From NCBI RefSeq assembly GCF_001194135.2, contig NC_068993.1:1998537-2062536 (forward strand): a DNA stretch of 64,000 bases, read 5' to 3'. The notes under the pieces are model-generated. The model saw nothing but the letters and a program-made list of their open reading frames with translations. It ran no database searches and was not told the origin of the DNA. This DNA is from Octopus bimaculoides. Its lineage: Eukaryota. Made by a program: the position numbers and the translations under genes. Positions 40,012 through 54,175 of this stretch are shown piece after piece (the stretch's first letter is position 1; each line of letters opens with the position of its first letter).

Positions 40012-40648
40012 CTCATGTATGAAGCATATTTTTCGAGAACCCTATTAATAATTAAAACCAAATGACTTTCCAAGCATCTTAAAACACTGACAAGAAAACT
40101 TCCTCAGACAACAATTGGTTTATCACATATTTCTCTTTGTCTTTGAATAATAGATATTCGTCATCGTTATTGCTAGAAGGACTGTAGATATACACAGTTA
40201 TTGCTTTACAAAATTATGTTATAAACCCATGCAATTAACATAACTATTGAAATATTGTTTCTTAAGTATCATCTTCAGCTATTTAGTGAAAATAGTAACA
40301 CTGTAAAACTCTGCCTGTCACGTTAGATTTAATTAGGAGTTAACTACTATGAATATATACTTCCATCTTATAGTTTGTCACAAATATGTTCTCTCTATAA
40401 TTGTATTTAAAACGAAAGTAAAGAGAAAAATAATTATTATTACTTAGAAATACTCAATAGAAAATACAAGTTGATGACACCAAAACAATAGATTATTGCT
40501 AAAACTGAAACGATGCTGAGACGGTTATTACGATTGTTATATTGTTTTTATATTCTTGCTACATTTTATCATTTATTTTTTATTTATCTCACTCTGTTAC
40601 TTGGTGATCTTATCATTATTTCTTATTTATATTTTGTATATCATTCAC

Positions 40649-40757
40649 TCAATTGCAGATGCGGCACAGCAGGGAGATTTGCTCATTCCTAAGGTTGACC
40701 CGCGAGTTCGTGGCCAGGGCTTGGTCCTGCGCTACCAGTATAGTGCACCCGGTCTCT
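40649..40757 (-). mobile_element. R4/Dong-like retrotransposon fragment (region leading into the CCHC zinc knuckle)
   Basis: Minus strand ETGCTILVAQDQALATNSRVNLRNEQISLLCRICN* matches the ETExxIxAAQDQALxT...CRxC motif of R4-clade elements. Confidence 0.75.
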
Positions 40758-40922
40758 TCTTCTTCTTCTTCTTCTTCTTCTTCTTCTTCTTCTTCTTCTT
40801 CTTCTTCTTCTTCTTCTTCTTCTTCTTCTTCTTCTTCTTCTTCTTCTTCTTCTTCTTCTTCTTCTTCTTCTTCTTCTTCTTCTTCTTCTTCTTCTTCTTC
40901 TTCTTCTTCTTCTTCTTCTTCT
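40756..40922. repeat. (TTC)n microsatellite, about 55 units
   Basis: Seen directly. Confidence 0.97.
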
Positions 40923-41189
40923 TTGTTAGGTAGTATGATTTCTTGTTTGTATTTGTCTTGTTTGTATTTGATGGGTAAATACTTTATCAACATCGGCATT
41001 ATTAGCTTTCTTTGGGTATTTGCTATTGAGAGGGATTTCCTTTCATTTATCAGCAAGAATATCTAAGGCAGCAGTTTTAGCAGGGGTTGTCATACGCTTA
41101 GCTTTTTCTGTGCTTGTTTCTAGTACGTCTAATTCTGGAATTTGTTGTATTTGGAATTCACTTAGATATTCCTTTGCCTGTTTTGTACT

Positions 41190-41368
<179 letters not shown>

Positions 41369-41735
41369 TTCGACGGGATATTATAAGATCATTCAAAAAG
41401 AAACTACTTAAGTAGGGAAAATATATCTGAAAGTAACTTCAAATAGAAATAAAGCTTGTGAAATGTCAATTAACTGTAGAAATGTAAAACCAGAAATTGT
41501 CATAACATCGTTTACAGTTTGTTTGATAAGAGTCAAGGGAAATATTTATCTTTAGCGTAATTTACATCTATTGTCTATAAATGATATTACAGAGGAGTGT
41601 CATCTGAACTATTTGTCTAACAACTTTAAGATATTTAAGATATTTAATCGTAATTACACTTGTGCTACAAGCTTTTAGCTTTTATCATAATTCTTTATTT
41701 CTTCTTTTTATCTATTCTCTTTATCTCTCCGGTAG

Positions 41736-41836
41736 CTTCCTGTTCACACCCTCTTCGGGTTTACATCATTAAGTGTATGACTAAGCGATTGATCGAGAAT
41801 AAGAACGTGTGGATAAAATTATGTAACAATGGTCAG
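41736..41836 (+). CDS. Candidate exon SCSHPLRVYIIKCMTKRLIENKNVWIKLCNNGQ (phase 1-0); prodomain-like
   Basis: Very strong polypyrimidine acceptor tctattctctttatctctccggtag| and donor CAG|gtaatt; only one frame is open. HPLRVYIIK...TKRLIENKNV resembles BMP2 HRINIYEIIK...VTRLLDTRLV. Confidence 0.48.
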
Positions 41837-43107
41837 GTAATTCTGGAAAGTCTACAATTCTGCAAATTACAAGAACGTAGAACGGAAAGCGTCAACGTTA
41901 CATGAGTACAAAAGACATAAGTTCACAATTAGATCTAAGTTTTCTTGGAAGCATATCCTTTTATCCTTTCAGCTGTTTCAGTTGTGGGACTGCGCCTATG
42001 CTGGAGCACCGCCTTCATTTATTTTAATCTTAATTTATTATCGCCTCATGACTGGAAGTCGGTCTATGATTGAGATTGTTGCAGTTGATCTGATGATCCG
42101 GGATTATCATTAAGAGATTATAAGATTTCTAACTTACTTTGGTAAACTTGTATGTAATATAGATTCTTAACTATTGAAAATACAATATTATTCAAAATAC
42201 GTTTCTCCATGAAGATATTTACTCTTAGTAAGATCGATTAAATAAATTACTCACAATCAGTCATATCACAATCAGTCATATCACACGACTAATTATTCCA
42301 TAGCCAGATGGTATTTGATTGTAAACCACAAAGAAATGTTAAGTTGATACACATCCAATTATTTATTGTTTGACTCCAGATTAATTTCGATATATCAAAA
42401 CCGATGTTCGTGTGCTTACGAACTTGACGTTAAGCAAAATAGAGTTTCGAATGTTTTTAAAGCTTTATCTCTGATTCTGTCAGCTTAACTTCGATGAATG
42501 ACGGTCTAAGTTTCGATTCAAATGATACATATAAATTCCACTTTTTCTATTGAGTGCTTCCCTGTTTTCTAGCCGTTTGTCTTTGTCTTTATTACATACA
42601 TATTTGTTTTCATGATAAAAACTTATCAGCTTCAGCGGTTAAACACCGCGGAAGTTGTATCAACAGCAAAAAAAACAAACAAAAAAAACACGAAAAGGTT
42701 ATAAGATGGAAACAGGGTATATATACCATGGTAACGCTCAGATTACTTAACAAAATATTTGGCACGAACCCTCATATCTAGGAATGTAATACAGGTTTTA
42801 AGTATACAGATTTTAAACTTGTAAATATCCTATCAGTAATGATTCCAAACAATGGATTTACGCAAAGAAGTAATGTACTCTACATTATACTTCAATCCCA
42901 CTCCAAAATTATGTGTATGTGAGTCACAACTCCACAAGACATCATTTCATTAATGCCTGCTATTTAAAGCGATTGCTTATCTTAAATGGTCAGTTCATTA
43001 TAGGCTCCATATTAACTCTCGATCGTTCAACGATTTGCTCAGAACTGCTTCTTTTGTGTAGAAAGTGTCTTTAGAGTCAAGCATTATTTCAAATATATTC
43101 TACGCAG

Positions 43108-43244
43108 AGCTGTAGTCGGTTTCTTCACGATATTTATTTGGCAGTTCCCTCTGCAATGTCAGATAATTTGCATGAAGATTATGGAAAGCTCACTGCTTCT
43201 AAACGCCCCCGCCACATTCTTTGGTTTATCTCTGTTTATATATT
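43108..43244 (+). CDS. Weak candidate exon SCSRFLHDIYLAVPSAMSDNLHEDYGKLTASKRPRHILWFISVYI (phase 0-2)
   Basis: Acceptor tattctacgcag| and donor |gtatgc shortly before an in-frame stop. DIYLAV resembles prodomain DVTxAV, but the conserved W is absent. Confidence 0.22.
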
Positions 43245-43261
43245 GTATGCATATTGATATG

Positions 43262-43309
<48 letters not shown>

Positions 43310-44747
43310 TATATATATATATTAATATTTTTATATTTCCATATGTATGTCTAGGTATCTATATTTATGTATATATATTTGCATGTATATATATTATATA
43401 TATTTACACACACATATATATATATATATATATAAATATATATAAAGATATATATANNNNNNNNNNNNNNNNNNNNNNNNNNNNNNNNNNNNNNNNNNNN
43501 NNNNNNNNNNNNNNNNNNNNNNNNNNNNNNNNNNNNNNNNNNNNNNNNNNNNNATATATAGCTAGTAAGTATATATTTCTACACACACAAACTCACATAC
43601 ATATATTGGATGTATAATTATACAGAAGCGAGGGTATATACCATTTTGACCATGCATGCACTCGCACAAGATTGACAATTTTCCCCTGAAATCATGTTTG
43701 CCAAAGCCCCAATGAACAAATAAAATTGCACATTAAAGAATCCTATATTGGTGGGTTCCGTGAACACACTGTTATGGAATTTGCATTCTGAGAATGCCTG
43801 GAAAACCAACGAAATTTGATTGTAAATTTCATTATGGATAATTGTTTATTGTGTATTTTCTCGGTCCTAATCTTTAGTGGAATAAGCGCGTGCAAACACA
43901 GGCCCCTAATTTATAGAAGCAAAGAAACAAATATATGGCGATTCGCATACCCTGTTTCGGGGGAAAAACACTTCGCTTTGCTCTAATACAGAAATCAAAC
44001 TTGGGCTGCCAAAAACATGTAATATCGAACAAGTAAATGTGATCTTTATTGGATGGGTTCACAAATATCAACGCTATGACACATAACCAAGATACGTAGC
44101 TCACTGGTTTCATATTTGTTGCAGTCGTGGATTTTACGGTACTGAAGTTTAAAAAGTGTGCACTCCGCTATGGATTTTAGCTATTTATCCACTAATATCC
44201 GCTCAAACAATATCATCGATTTGAGTGGCGCCTCAGCTTGGTGTTAATATCTAGCTGAACGTTGCTGTGAGAAATATTTGTATACACCAAAGAGACCGGA
44301 TTCGAATATTTTTAGGTCATTGAGGTTTGAGCTGTGATAACCTGTTTACAGCCATATTAGTCGACCATTTTGTCTGTGATCTCAGCATCATAAGAGAAAA
44401 TATACAGGCTATTGAATACATCTTCCAGCGAAACAAAACTCCATTAGCATTCAAAGCCTGATAAGGAATTAATTCAACCTGAATCACAATTAACCTAATA
44501 TATAATGTATTATGATTTTCTATCAACAGACGCATAATGCAATACCGGAAAAATCAGTGCGAAAAAGATAAATGTTCATATATGTTGTTCATGTTTATGT
44601 ATGCAGTACTGTTATGATCGATGTCTAAGATTCCTGGATATGAAAGTATGCGCCAAAGTGTATTATCACTACATGACTATATCATTAAATATTCCACTGT
44701 ATGATATGTGGTTATACAATAAATATAACAAGGTGTATATACGTACG

Positions 44748-44786
<39 letters not shown>

Positions 44787-45393
44787 TATATATGTATTGA
44801 TATGCATGCATGTGTAAATCTACATACGTACACAGATAAATTGGTATATACATCATGTTCATATATAAATGTATGCCTGTATATGCATGGTTCTCACTGT
44901 ATAACAAATAGCTACTCTTTATTGCATTTCCTTTCGCCACTGATCATAGCAATAGCATTTAGATTAACTAAATCCAATGGGACTGTATTCAACTGCAATG
45001 TGAGAGTGATTTGTCGATGAACAATGATTGTCTGTTTCCTATAACTTGTGTCGTTAATGCCATTTGAAATAACTCAAACATCTCCAGTTGCCGTCTCTCT
45101 ACCTGACAACCACATACGTTTCATTTGAGAAATCGATACTAATGGCCGTTCTAACGTTGAAGTATTGGAGAAATAATTCCTATTAAGTTTTATTTAGGGC
45201 CTCCCTTATTATATTTCAGTTTCTCATTCATAAATCTGATCAGCCCCATTTCTGCAGTCTTTTCAAACGTCTTTCTACTCTATTCTCCAAGTGTTGTCAG
45301 ACATCCAGTATTAAGTGTATTAGACGGCATTGTCTCTAAAATATAACCGTATCAGATTTATAAATATACAAAACAATTCAGAGAGTGGAAGAG

Positions 45394-45397
<4 letters not shown>

Positions 45398-45487
<90 letters not shown>

Positions 45488-45500
45488 CGAGAGAGAGAGA
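45398..45500. repeat. (AG)n microsatellite
   Basis: Seen directly. Confidence 0.97.
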
Positions 45501-47994
45501 GAATGATAGAGAGACAGACAGACTGACAGGCAGCCAGGCGGAGAATGGCAAACGTGATAAACGATGAATGACAACCTTTCAGTTTCCTACATGATAATTA
45601 ACCGCATTAATTAACCGCATTAAATCAGCATAAAAAATAAATTTGAATCTTGAATTCTTTGCCAAAACCGGCAACATACATCTAGATATCATACATTTTG
45701 AAAAGCTTTAAGATACAAAATAGTTTTTTATATTTTGAAAATAGCTTAGGTTTTTTACAATTTTACGGCAGTTTACCCGTGTCCCCTTTAAAAGATAATG
45801 CCAGTGGTGGATTGCAACTTTTGAGACGCTTTCCCTTTCTTCGGTTCAAAAGTAAAATACTACTTTCTCAATATCAAAAACAGTATAAGCTTTTAGAATT
45901 AAGTAAGGACCAGATACATCTGAAGAGTTTCACATATTCCGTACATTTATCCTTCGTCTCAGTTCAAGAATTATTAAAATGTTTTATATTTCATCTATAA
46001 AATATAGTATACCCTGCAAAAGTCGGTAACAATCCATAATTATAAAATAATGTAAAAAGAAATAGTTCAATAGAGGATAGCGGGAAATGTGCCGACATAA
46101 CTGCTATGGATATTTTCCTAATCCTTCTACATAACTAGTTGAAATCTCAATGGATTAACTTAATCCGTGATTTGTCTAGGACAGTATATAAGTAATGATG
46201 TAAATCAACTCAATCGGCTTTAAACATCAATGAGTACTTATTTTGTACAACTATTTAAACGAAACCGTTATATCTTTTTACATTATATCTTACTTACAGA
46301 TTGTAGGTAATTTACCATGCATATTTTTGTGCGTCATTGTGTATAGCATCACTTCCGTCAGAGACTAATTAGGGACGTCCGATCATAGATTTCAAACCGT
46401 TTGGGCGTTGGGTAGGGATCAAGTGAATGGTTGGTGTCTGCGCTCGTTATTTTCTTTTCAACATATCGGTGCTACATCGTTTTTATATTCTTTAATTAAT
46501 CTGTGTGTTTATAGTGCTTGGTTGATTATACTTAGGGTTATTATTATTTTAGGGTTAGGGTATTTTTAATTACGATCCACAGCGTTTGGACGATACGTCG
46601 AGCTGGTTACTATGTTTTAATGTTTCATAGTTTTGTTGTATAGTTCGTAGGGTTTGCTTTCATATTTCCCCGTTTTCCATATTTTTTACTTTCAGTGCTT
46701 CGTAGCCATAACTATGTAATTATTCATGTTTAAAATTTGTATTTGAATTTGTGACATTAATCAGGTATAGATGTAATATTTCACCCTTGCTCATGTGTAT
46801 TCATTCAAGGCAGCGTTCACACCACCGGATTGAATGCTGCTACTGAAGTGACAAAACAGATATGATATACGTTTCACAGCACATGATGGAGATATACGTC
46901 TAATGTCCTCTGTGGCTGCTAGCGTTTTCCAGCTTCTGTTCTCGTCCTTTCAAATTGAATTTCTATAAAATTCTTGCTTTCTTAGTTTTAAACTTATTAA
47001 CGATTCTCGGTTCTCTGGTTCGCAGTGGAACTTCTGGATATACTGATGCGTGCGAATGTCTTTCATAGAGATTCTAATTATGCAAAGAGCAATATATATA
47101 TATATATANNNNNNNNNNNNNNNNNNNNNNNNNNNNNNNNNNNNNNNNNNNNNNNNNNNNNNNNNNNNNNNNNNNNNNNNNNNNNNNNNNNNNNNNNNNN
47201 NNNNNNNNNNNNNNNNNNNNNNNNNNNNNNNNNNNNNNNNNNNNNNNNNNNNNNNNNNNNNNNNNNNNNNNNNNNNNNNNNNNNNNNNNNNNNNNNNNTA
47301 TATATATATATATATATTTATATCTATATATATATATGTATATAATGAGAAGGTTCCATAAAAACAATTCCACGTGGAAATGTGTACAGTGTGTACTTTT
47401 GTGTACAGAAAAGACACTATACACAAACATTTACAAAGGTAGGTGAAATTCTTTGAAATAATTTTTTTTTTCTGTGCAATTAACTTTAAAAAAATCTTCC
47501 TTTATACATATAAACAAAAAATAACGTCTTGTCTTCTTCGATGTTTCATCTTATGATGGAGCTCTTCCACGCTGTCAGTTAAACTGTTAACCAGAAAGGA
47601 TATACTTTAGCTTGTTCTATACTATAATATGCCTGCGCTACAGATAATCTATCGATAATTCACAGCTTTATTAGCAGTTATAATCCTACTTGATTTATGT
47701 TTGAAATTCCCTCTGTATTTCCTTCTCGGATGCTGGTGAAGAATCAGGTCATCGATTACGTTTTATTTTCGTTTCACAAGAAAATGATGTTGCGAGAGTA
47801 TAGGAGAGAAGATGGGAGAGATTAGAGCAATGAATCTTATAATAATTCATCTGAAAATGTTTGTTTATTCATATTTTTGAGCAGTTTTGGATTCTGCTTC
47901 CGTGTTAGTGAAGATTAGAAGATTGCGGGAAAAATAAACAAACAAATAAGTAAAAAACAGTTAAGTTTAACTTATTTAACCTTTGTTCAGTGCG

Positions 47995-47996
<2 letters not shown>

Positions 47997-48055
<59 letters not shown>

Positions 48056-48140
48056 CTCTCTCTGTGTGTCACACACACATGCTCACACATACATCTCTCT
48101 CTCTCTCTCTCTCCCTCTCTCTCTCTCTATCTATCTATCT
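47997..48140. repeat. (AC)n and (TC)n microsatellite cluster
   Basis: Seen directly. Confidence 0.95.
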
Positions 48141-49064
48141 ACATATGTGTGTGTGTGTGTATTTATATCTATATCTATAAGTGCGCATATGTACTGTTTT
48201 ATACATACAGTATGTATACTTGACAAAATAACAATCTGTTCATATGTGTGAAATATGCATACTTTCATCTGTATGCACCCCCACTATATATATTCATGTC
48301 TTGCACGATGCATAGGTACCCATTTATAAATAACTGCATATATCTGGTAATAAAAACATACTCGTTGAAAAGGATTGCAGCCTAGCAGAAGTGGCTCGCT
48401 TTCGGTAAGCATTGGGACTTATCGTTTTTACGAATCTTAATTAGAAGAGAGATCCAGGTTACGGAGGTGCATTGTTGTGGCGACAAGGCATATATATCTC
48501 TGCGATAGTGTGTACTTTACGAGATTGCTGAGAAATGGTTATGGAAAGGAACATCTAATATAGTGTAAGATCAATTAAAAAATTAGTGATGAATTCTTGG
48601 ATAAGTGGATACAGCTTTATATTTAAAGAAACATGAGTGAAGTAATAGAGTAAGAATGGAGAGTTGATGTGTGATGAATGAAGAATATTTAATAGAGAGG
48701 CTGATATAAGCGCTGGTGCGGGTGAGCTTTGGTACAGTAATAGGTTTATAATAGATACCAATTTGGATTGTTTTCCTTTCTCTTGGCATCGTAGCAGATT
48801 AGATTTTATTTTCTGCTAGTGTTTTATTTCGGTTTTATTCTTCTAATTGTCGTTGTCGTTGTTGTTGTTAAGCTATAAATTATATTTTTGCTCTTTTAGT
48901 TATTGATTGTTTCGTCTTAGTGATATTTTCGTTCCTATGACTACGGAGAGACTGTTAATCTAAACACGGACACATATGTGTGTGTGTGTGTGTATGCGTC
49001 CGTGTATGTGTATAAGTGATCGTTATGTTTGTCAGGTCAACGACTGCAGTAAGCAGATTGTTAC

Positions 49065-49145
49065 AGGCGGCGTCAGGGCTGCATAGTTAACAAGTTCGTT
49101 GTACAGGCATGGGGTTTCGTGTTCTACCCCATTGCGCTACCTTCG
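49065..49145 (+). mobile_element. SINE family 1 tRNA-like head (decayed)
   Basis: gggctgcatagttaacaagttcg...ggtttcgtgttctaccccattgcg has A- and B-box-like spacing. Confidence 0.5.
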
Positions 49146-51329
49146 TTAATTACTACTATACATTATATACACATACATACATATATATATATTATATATA
49201 CATGCACATATATATATGTATATGTTTATATGTGTGTATTAAGCTAAGTGCAGTTTTACTCATACACACAGCGGATTCCCAAAATGCAACAGCTCATCAG
49301 AAGCCAATAACATAGCAGCTCGTATGCGTGAGGAGCAACGGAAAATGAATTGACTTTTCTAACAAGCATTAAAAATATATTAGCATGGTGGCAAGCAATC
49401 AGGCCTTTGACCGGTTCTCTTCGTATTTTTGTGGCATTGAGTAATAGTCTTGTTTTATATTTGGGATCAATGGATCTTACGCAGTAATTAATCTGAATTC
49501 AACATCACAGCTTTGCTTTCATATATTAAGTATGATATATATATATATACATTCGTACTAAAAGTCACATACATACACACACACTCACATACTTACACGC
49601 ATATAAATGTACATTGTTACTGTGCTTATCAGAATAGAGAGGACTGGAAGCTAGTTCCAGCTTCAATAATTGATTACATATGAAAGACGAACGAGTATTT
49701 TGTGATATAAGATTTGAATTCATGGTCATTGCAAGCACAGGTCATTTACTCCGGAAAGAATTGATAACTCTGTCTTGTTGCTGTAGTTGTGGTTGTATCT
49801 GCTATTTAGCTCTGAGTCGTATCTGAAATAGAAGACATTTGCCCAAAGACGTTCTGGTCTTTTCATCTTTAATCACCTTATAGTTCATTTGGAAAGATAT
49901 CATCCAATTTGTCCCTTGTTTTATGTCAACACAAATAGTTTTGGCTTGAGGGTGATTTTGCTTCTATTTTTATCAGATCGATCGACATAATAATGAGTGC
50001 TAGGGTAAGAAGATTTGCTGATATTGTAAATATGTACTAATTGCAATTGAAATAGATAGCAATAATGACTACTAGTCACCCTCGAACAAGCCTCTAGTGG
50101 TTGCTGAATCTGCTAGACAATGCAGGCGAGTCTCCCTCATATTATGCTGCCATTGTTATTTACTACATTCTTGTCATAAGGTTGGAGACCCGATTCTTCC
50201 ACGGCGATGGATCTGATAGTCTTTTGAGGAAATATGTTAATTTGATTTTACTAGACATTTTACGGGTGAAAAAATTCAAGTTTTCATACATCGAATTTAC
50301 ACATATCTATAGTAAAGTTCATCTTAGAAGATGTCATTGAACCCTCGATTCCCCATTCGAGCGAGACTATTATTCAATCAAAGACGTCTAATCTTAGACT
50401 AACTTCGACAAACAAACATCCTAGCACACGTTTTCCTGTCTTTTATGTATTTGGTATTTCAGAAACGAGTTATAAACATTAAAGCATAAATAGTTTTAAT
50501 ATTTTCCATATTAAATTAAGAGGAAGTGTTGGCCAGTAAATTTAGAGATTTGATGCTGTGAATGAGATTGAATTCCAGAAAATTCGAGAAAGAAGTCCTG
50601 ACAAAAAATCATAGTGTTACATCACTGAATAGCCATACTCTCCAGATAAAACAAAAGTTTTATCTTAGTTGAATCTTATTACATATTACTGAGTTATATA
50701 AATTGAATTTGATAATAAACTTTCTAAAATAATCCCATTTATTTCATTCCAGAAATATAACGATAAGTTTCGAAATATATCAAATAATTTTTTAAAAACA
50801 AAATTGGAAAATTAAAACTGAACAAGATTAGAAAATTATGAGAGTTCTTCAATCTTAGAAAGAACTCTTAAATAATGAATGTTATCGAAGAATGTCAAAA
50901 CTGAAATCGTAATTCATATTCTCTATTTAACCTTTTCCACAAGTTCCTTTCATAAATTTATCCACACAATATAATAATAACGTTTAACTTCCCCTTCGTT
51001 GTCAAGATGTTCTATTTTGTCGTCCTCGCAAATATTTTTTCCCGCAACTTTCACTGTGAATGAATATTTGCCATAACTGTTATCTGATTCAATTTTTTGT
51101 TTTAACTATTATGTCATAAAATAGTAAGTACCAAATTCTCCAATTAAAGAAAATCTCCATTGTCTCTTGATCTACCAGATGCAACTTGGATGCTGTCCCT
51201 TTGAAACAGATTCAGACACAAATCATACGATTTCATATCCACTTTCTAATCGTCAGTGCAGGCATAATCAGAACACATAAAAATGAACAAAATTCAACAT
51301 ATCAGACGAACACCAAATGTATCCAGCAT

Positions 51330-51371
<42 letters not shown>

Positions 51372-52834
51372 ATATATTGACGCTGTATTTTCCACAACAT
51401 ACACGCTGAAGTTTTTGTTGTTATTATAAATATTAGTGTAGAAGTCGCAAGCGTTATTGATGTTTCAATGTTATGGTATCATTAATAATGATTATGTTTA
51501 TTTGAAAACTATATTAATGAGAATTATGATACTCTAGTTTCCGTTATTGTACAACATAAGGACTGTTATATTATGTATTACATGAACTGATAATTTTTAA
51601 CAATATAGAATCTTTATTGTAAGCAAAAATTCGTTTCTCTTTGAAGAGCAGAAACTGATCTAATTTCTAATTCAGTACTCTGGGAATTGTTTCGATAAAT
51701 AAATTAAATATTTTAGGCGTTCGGTACACTGAAATAAACATGTTTAACTAAATAACACAACGTAGTATTCTGGTGTATTATTTAAGATGTCCACTGAGGT
51801 TTTAACAAATTCTAATGTTCAGAAAATGTTATTTGAGAAGTTTACAATGTTGCCAAATCACCAATTAAGCTATTCTGTCAATTGGATTATTTCTGTGTTC
51901 AGTCAGAAAATGTAACCGGCTTGATACATTGCTTCTTCCATTGGTGAATATAAAACAGCTACAGTTAAAGTCTTATGAATTTTCTAGGGAAATGGACTGC
52001 ACTTAGTTTTGTTAATTTAATTATTTGGCTTTTATGAACTTCTCTCTAGTTTTCTTCCTCAGAATCAAGCACAAATTTGTTAGACATGTATGGTTTCATA
52101 ATGGAGTGACCATTTAGAGCGTACATAACCCTGCACTGTTAAGGTTGTTGGCAGTCTATTTACTTCTTAAGATGACATAGCCAAACAACATTTAGATATA
52201 CCTGTGACGGTATTTTTATTATTATTATCCAGTGTCAAAATGCTTATACACCAGATGGTACTCCATTTGTCTTTACAAACAGAAAACTATAGAGTCTCAT
52301 AGGATGAGTACGGGGCAGAAAATGAGGATATGAAACCATCTAAGTTCATCAAAAAATTGCATTTGTAAATGCAAAACATGGGAAAGAGTTTTGTATTTTA
52401 CACCTTCACAACAAATGATTATGGAGTCAATGTGACACGAAGGTGGATTTAATGATTCTTTTCTAAACCAAAAGAACTAAGAAATTATACAACAAAATCT
52501 ATTGTTTGAGATATCTTAATATATAAAATATTTTATATTTATTCAAAGACGATGTCAAATAATAGAAACAAAGTTTTGACAAGTTGACAGTTAGCCAAGT
52601 CAACCATCAGTATTTGGCGGGAGAAGGGGATCTGTGTGACATTCTGATACGAATCTAAATTGAAAATGAAAAAAAAAATGAAAACAAGAGCGGTGTCAGG
52701 ACTGAAGAGAATGTCAATCANNNNNNNNNNNNNNNNNNNNNNNNNNNNNNNNNNNNNNNNNNNNNNNNNNNNNNNNNNNNNNNNNNNNNNNNNNNNNNNN
52801 NNNNNNNNNNNNNNNNNNNNNNNNNNNNNNNNNN

Positions 52835-52879
<45 letters not shown>

Positions 52880-53007
52880 ATATGGTGATTGACAATTCAC
52901 GGTTTAATTGTCGAAGCTTAACTCTCTAAGGATTATTCCATGTATCAGATTCTACGTTGATCTCGACGACGATTATTCCGCTCGTGTAGCAGTTGAGTAT
53001 TTCACAG

Positions 53008-53191
53008 ACATATATTTCAGAGACAGTCAATCTGACGCCTTGCCACAATGTTACACCTTTAAATTTCATGAACTATCTAGAGGGAAAGAAAGAGAAAGAA
53101 AGAAAGATCAATCTCAGGACACGACTTGGCCGGACTTTTACGTATTTAACCAGCTTTAAAAGCATTAAAAGTAAAACAGATTGCGAGGGTG
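53008..53191 (+). CDS. Weak candidate exon TYISETVNLTPCHNVTPLNFMNYLEGKKEKERKINLRTRLGRTFTYLTSFKSIKSKTDCEG (phase 0-1)
   Basis: Acceptor gagtatttcacag| and donor G|gtaata; contains an RxxR (RLGR). An overlapping alternative frame (52949 onward, FYVDLDDD...) is also open. Confidence 0.22.
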
Positions 53192-53930
53192 GTAATATTA
53201 ACCCAGAGAGCAGACGACCGGTACAAATAAAGTAAATCACTTTAACGACTCCATTAATCCACCGTCTTATTTGTGTAAATACTTCTCATTACTTTAAAAT
53301 GCAGGAGCTCTCTATAATAAACATTGGTTTTGATAGATTGTTGTGCGCACATTAAATATCGCTACCCTCCTAAATGATCCGAGTCCACATTTTCCGTGGC
53401 TCTGTACTGAAAATGTATGAAGCCAAAGATCCGTCTCCAATCATTTTCATTCTTTGCCGCAATACCTAATTTATGGATATGTTGATATGAAACATTATAC
53501 CTCTAATTAAACTTGCTAAGTGTAAGTGAAAACGTAGTTGTCTTTACTTTCAACAAAGAAACAAAGAACCACCTTCACCTCAACAGTCAGTGTTTATAAA
53601 CCTTGATTAAAAAATCTCATTTGATTTTGTCTCGACACTGCTTTTGTTTAATGTTCTTAGCTTCATAGATATGTAATAATATTAAATTGTTAATACCCTT
53701 TCATCAGTGGCGAACATCAACATATTTCATTATAGACGTCTATTATAGTATTTAGCGTCCACATCTATCAGTTTATTATGAAATGCCTCTACAATTAACA
53801 ATGTATTTCCTAAGGTAATTTAATACTAATAACTGAAGTGTCGATAGTTAAGTATCTGTAATATATTGGCGCCAATACTATCAGTTTTATCACCACTCTA
53901 CAACAGTAAGGTTTATAATAAAATGAATTA

Positions 53931-54175
53931 CTATTCATCCGTCTATCCATTTCTTCCATCCTGTATTTCATGGAGGTTTCGTGAGGCTTGAGTTCTCAGG
54001 CTCCCATCAGAAGCAACCGTCATTATACTTGCTTATTGATTCCAAAGCGCGACCGACTGAAAGACTCCGCATGTTACCAAACCATTTCATGTTTTGTCTA
54101 CTCCTAGGCCTTCTGCCAGTTGGCTCGGATTGAAGAATACGGCTTGTGATCCTTTCCTGGGACCTTCCCATACAC
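53931..54175 (-). mobile_element. RTE-clade (Rex3/Expander-like) LINE 3' end
   Basis: Minus strand MGRSQERITSRILQSEPTGRRPRSRQNMKWFGNMRSL / WSRFGI..., ending in a degenerate (GGAT)n tail. Confidence 0.7.

Noticed and set aside
43879-44085. Plus-strand CKHRPL...W and TCNIEQVNVIFIGW resembling the start of a TGF-beta mature domain
   Set aside because: Both frames hit stops before any CxGxC, spacing is non-canonical, and there is no usable donor.
48400-48790. Possible RT remnant (LIQEFITNFLID)
   Set aside because: Only one weak motif; no QGS or YADD motif recoverable.
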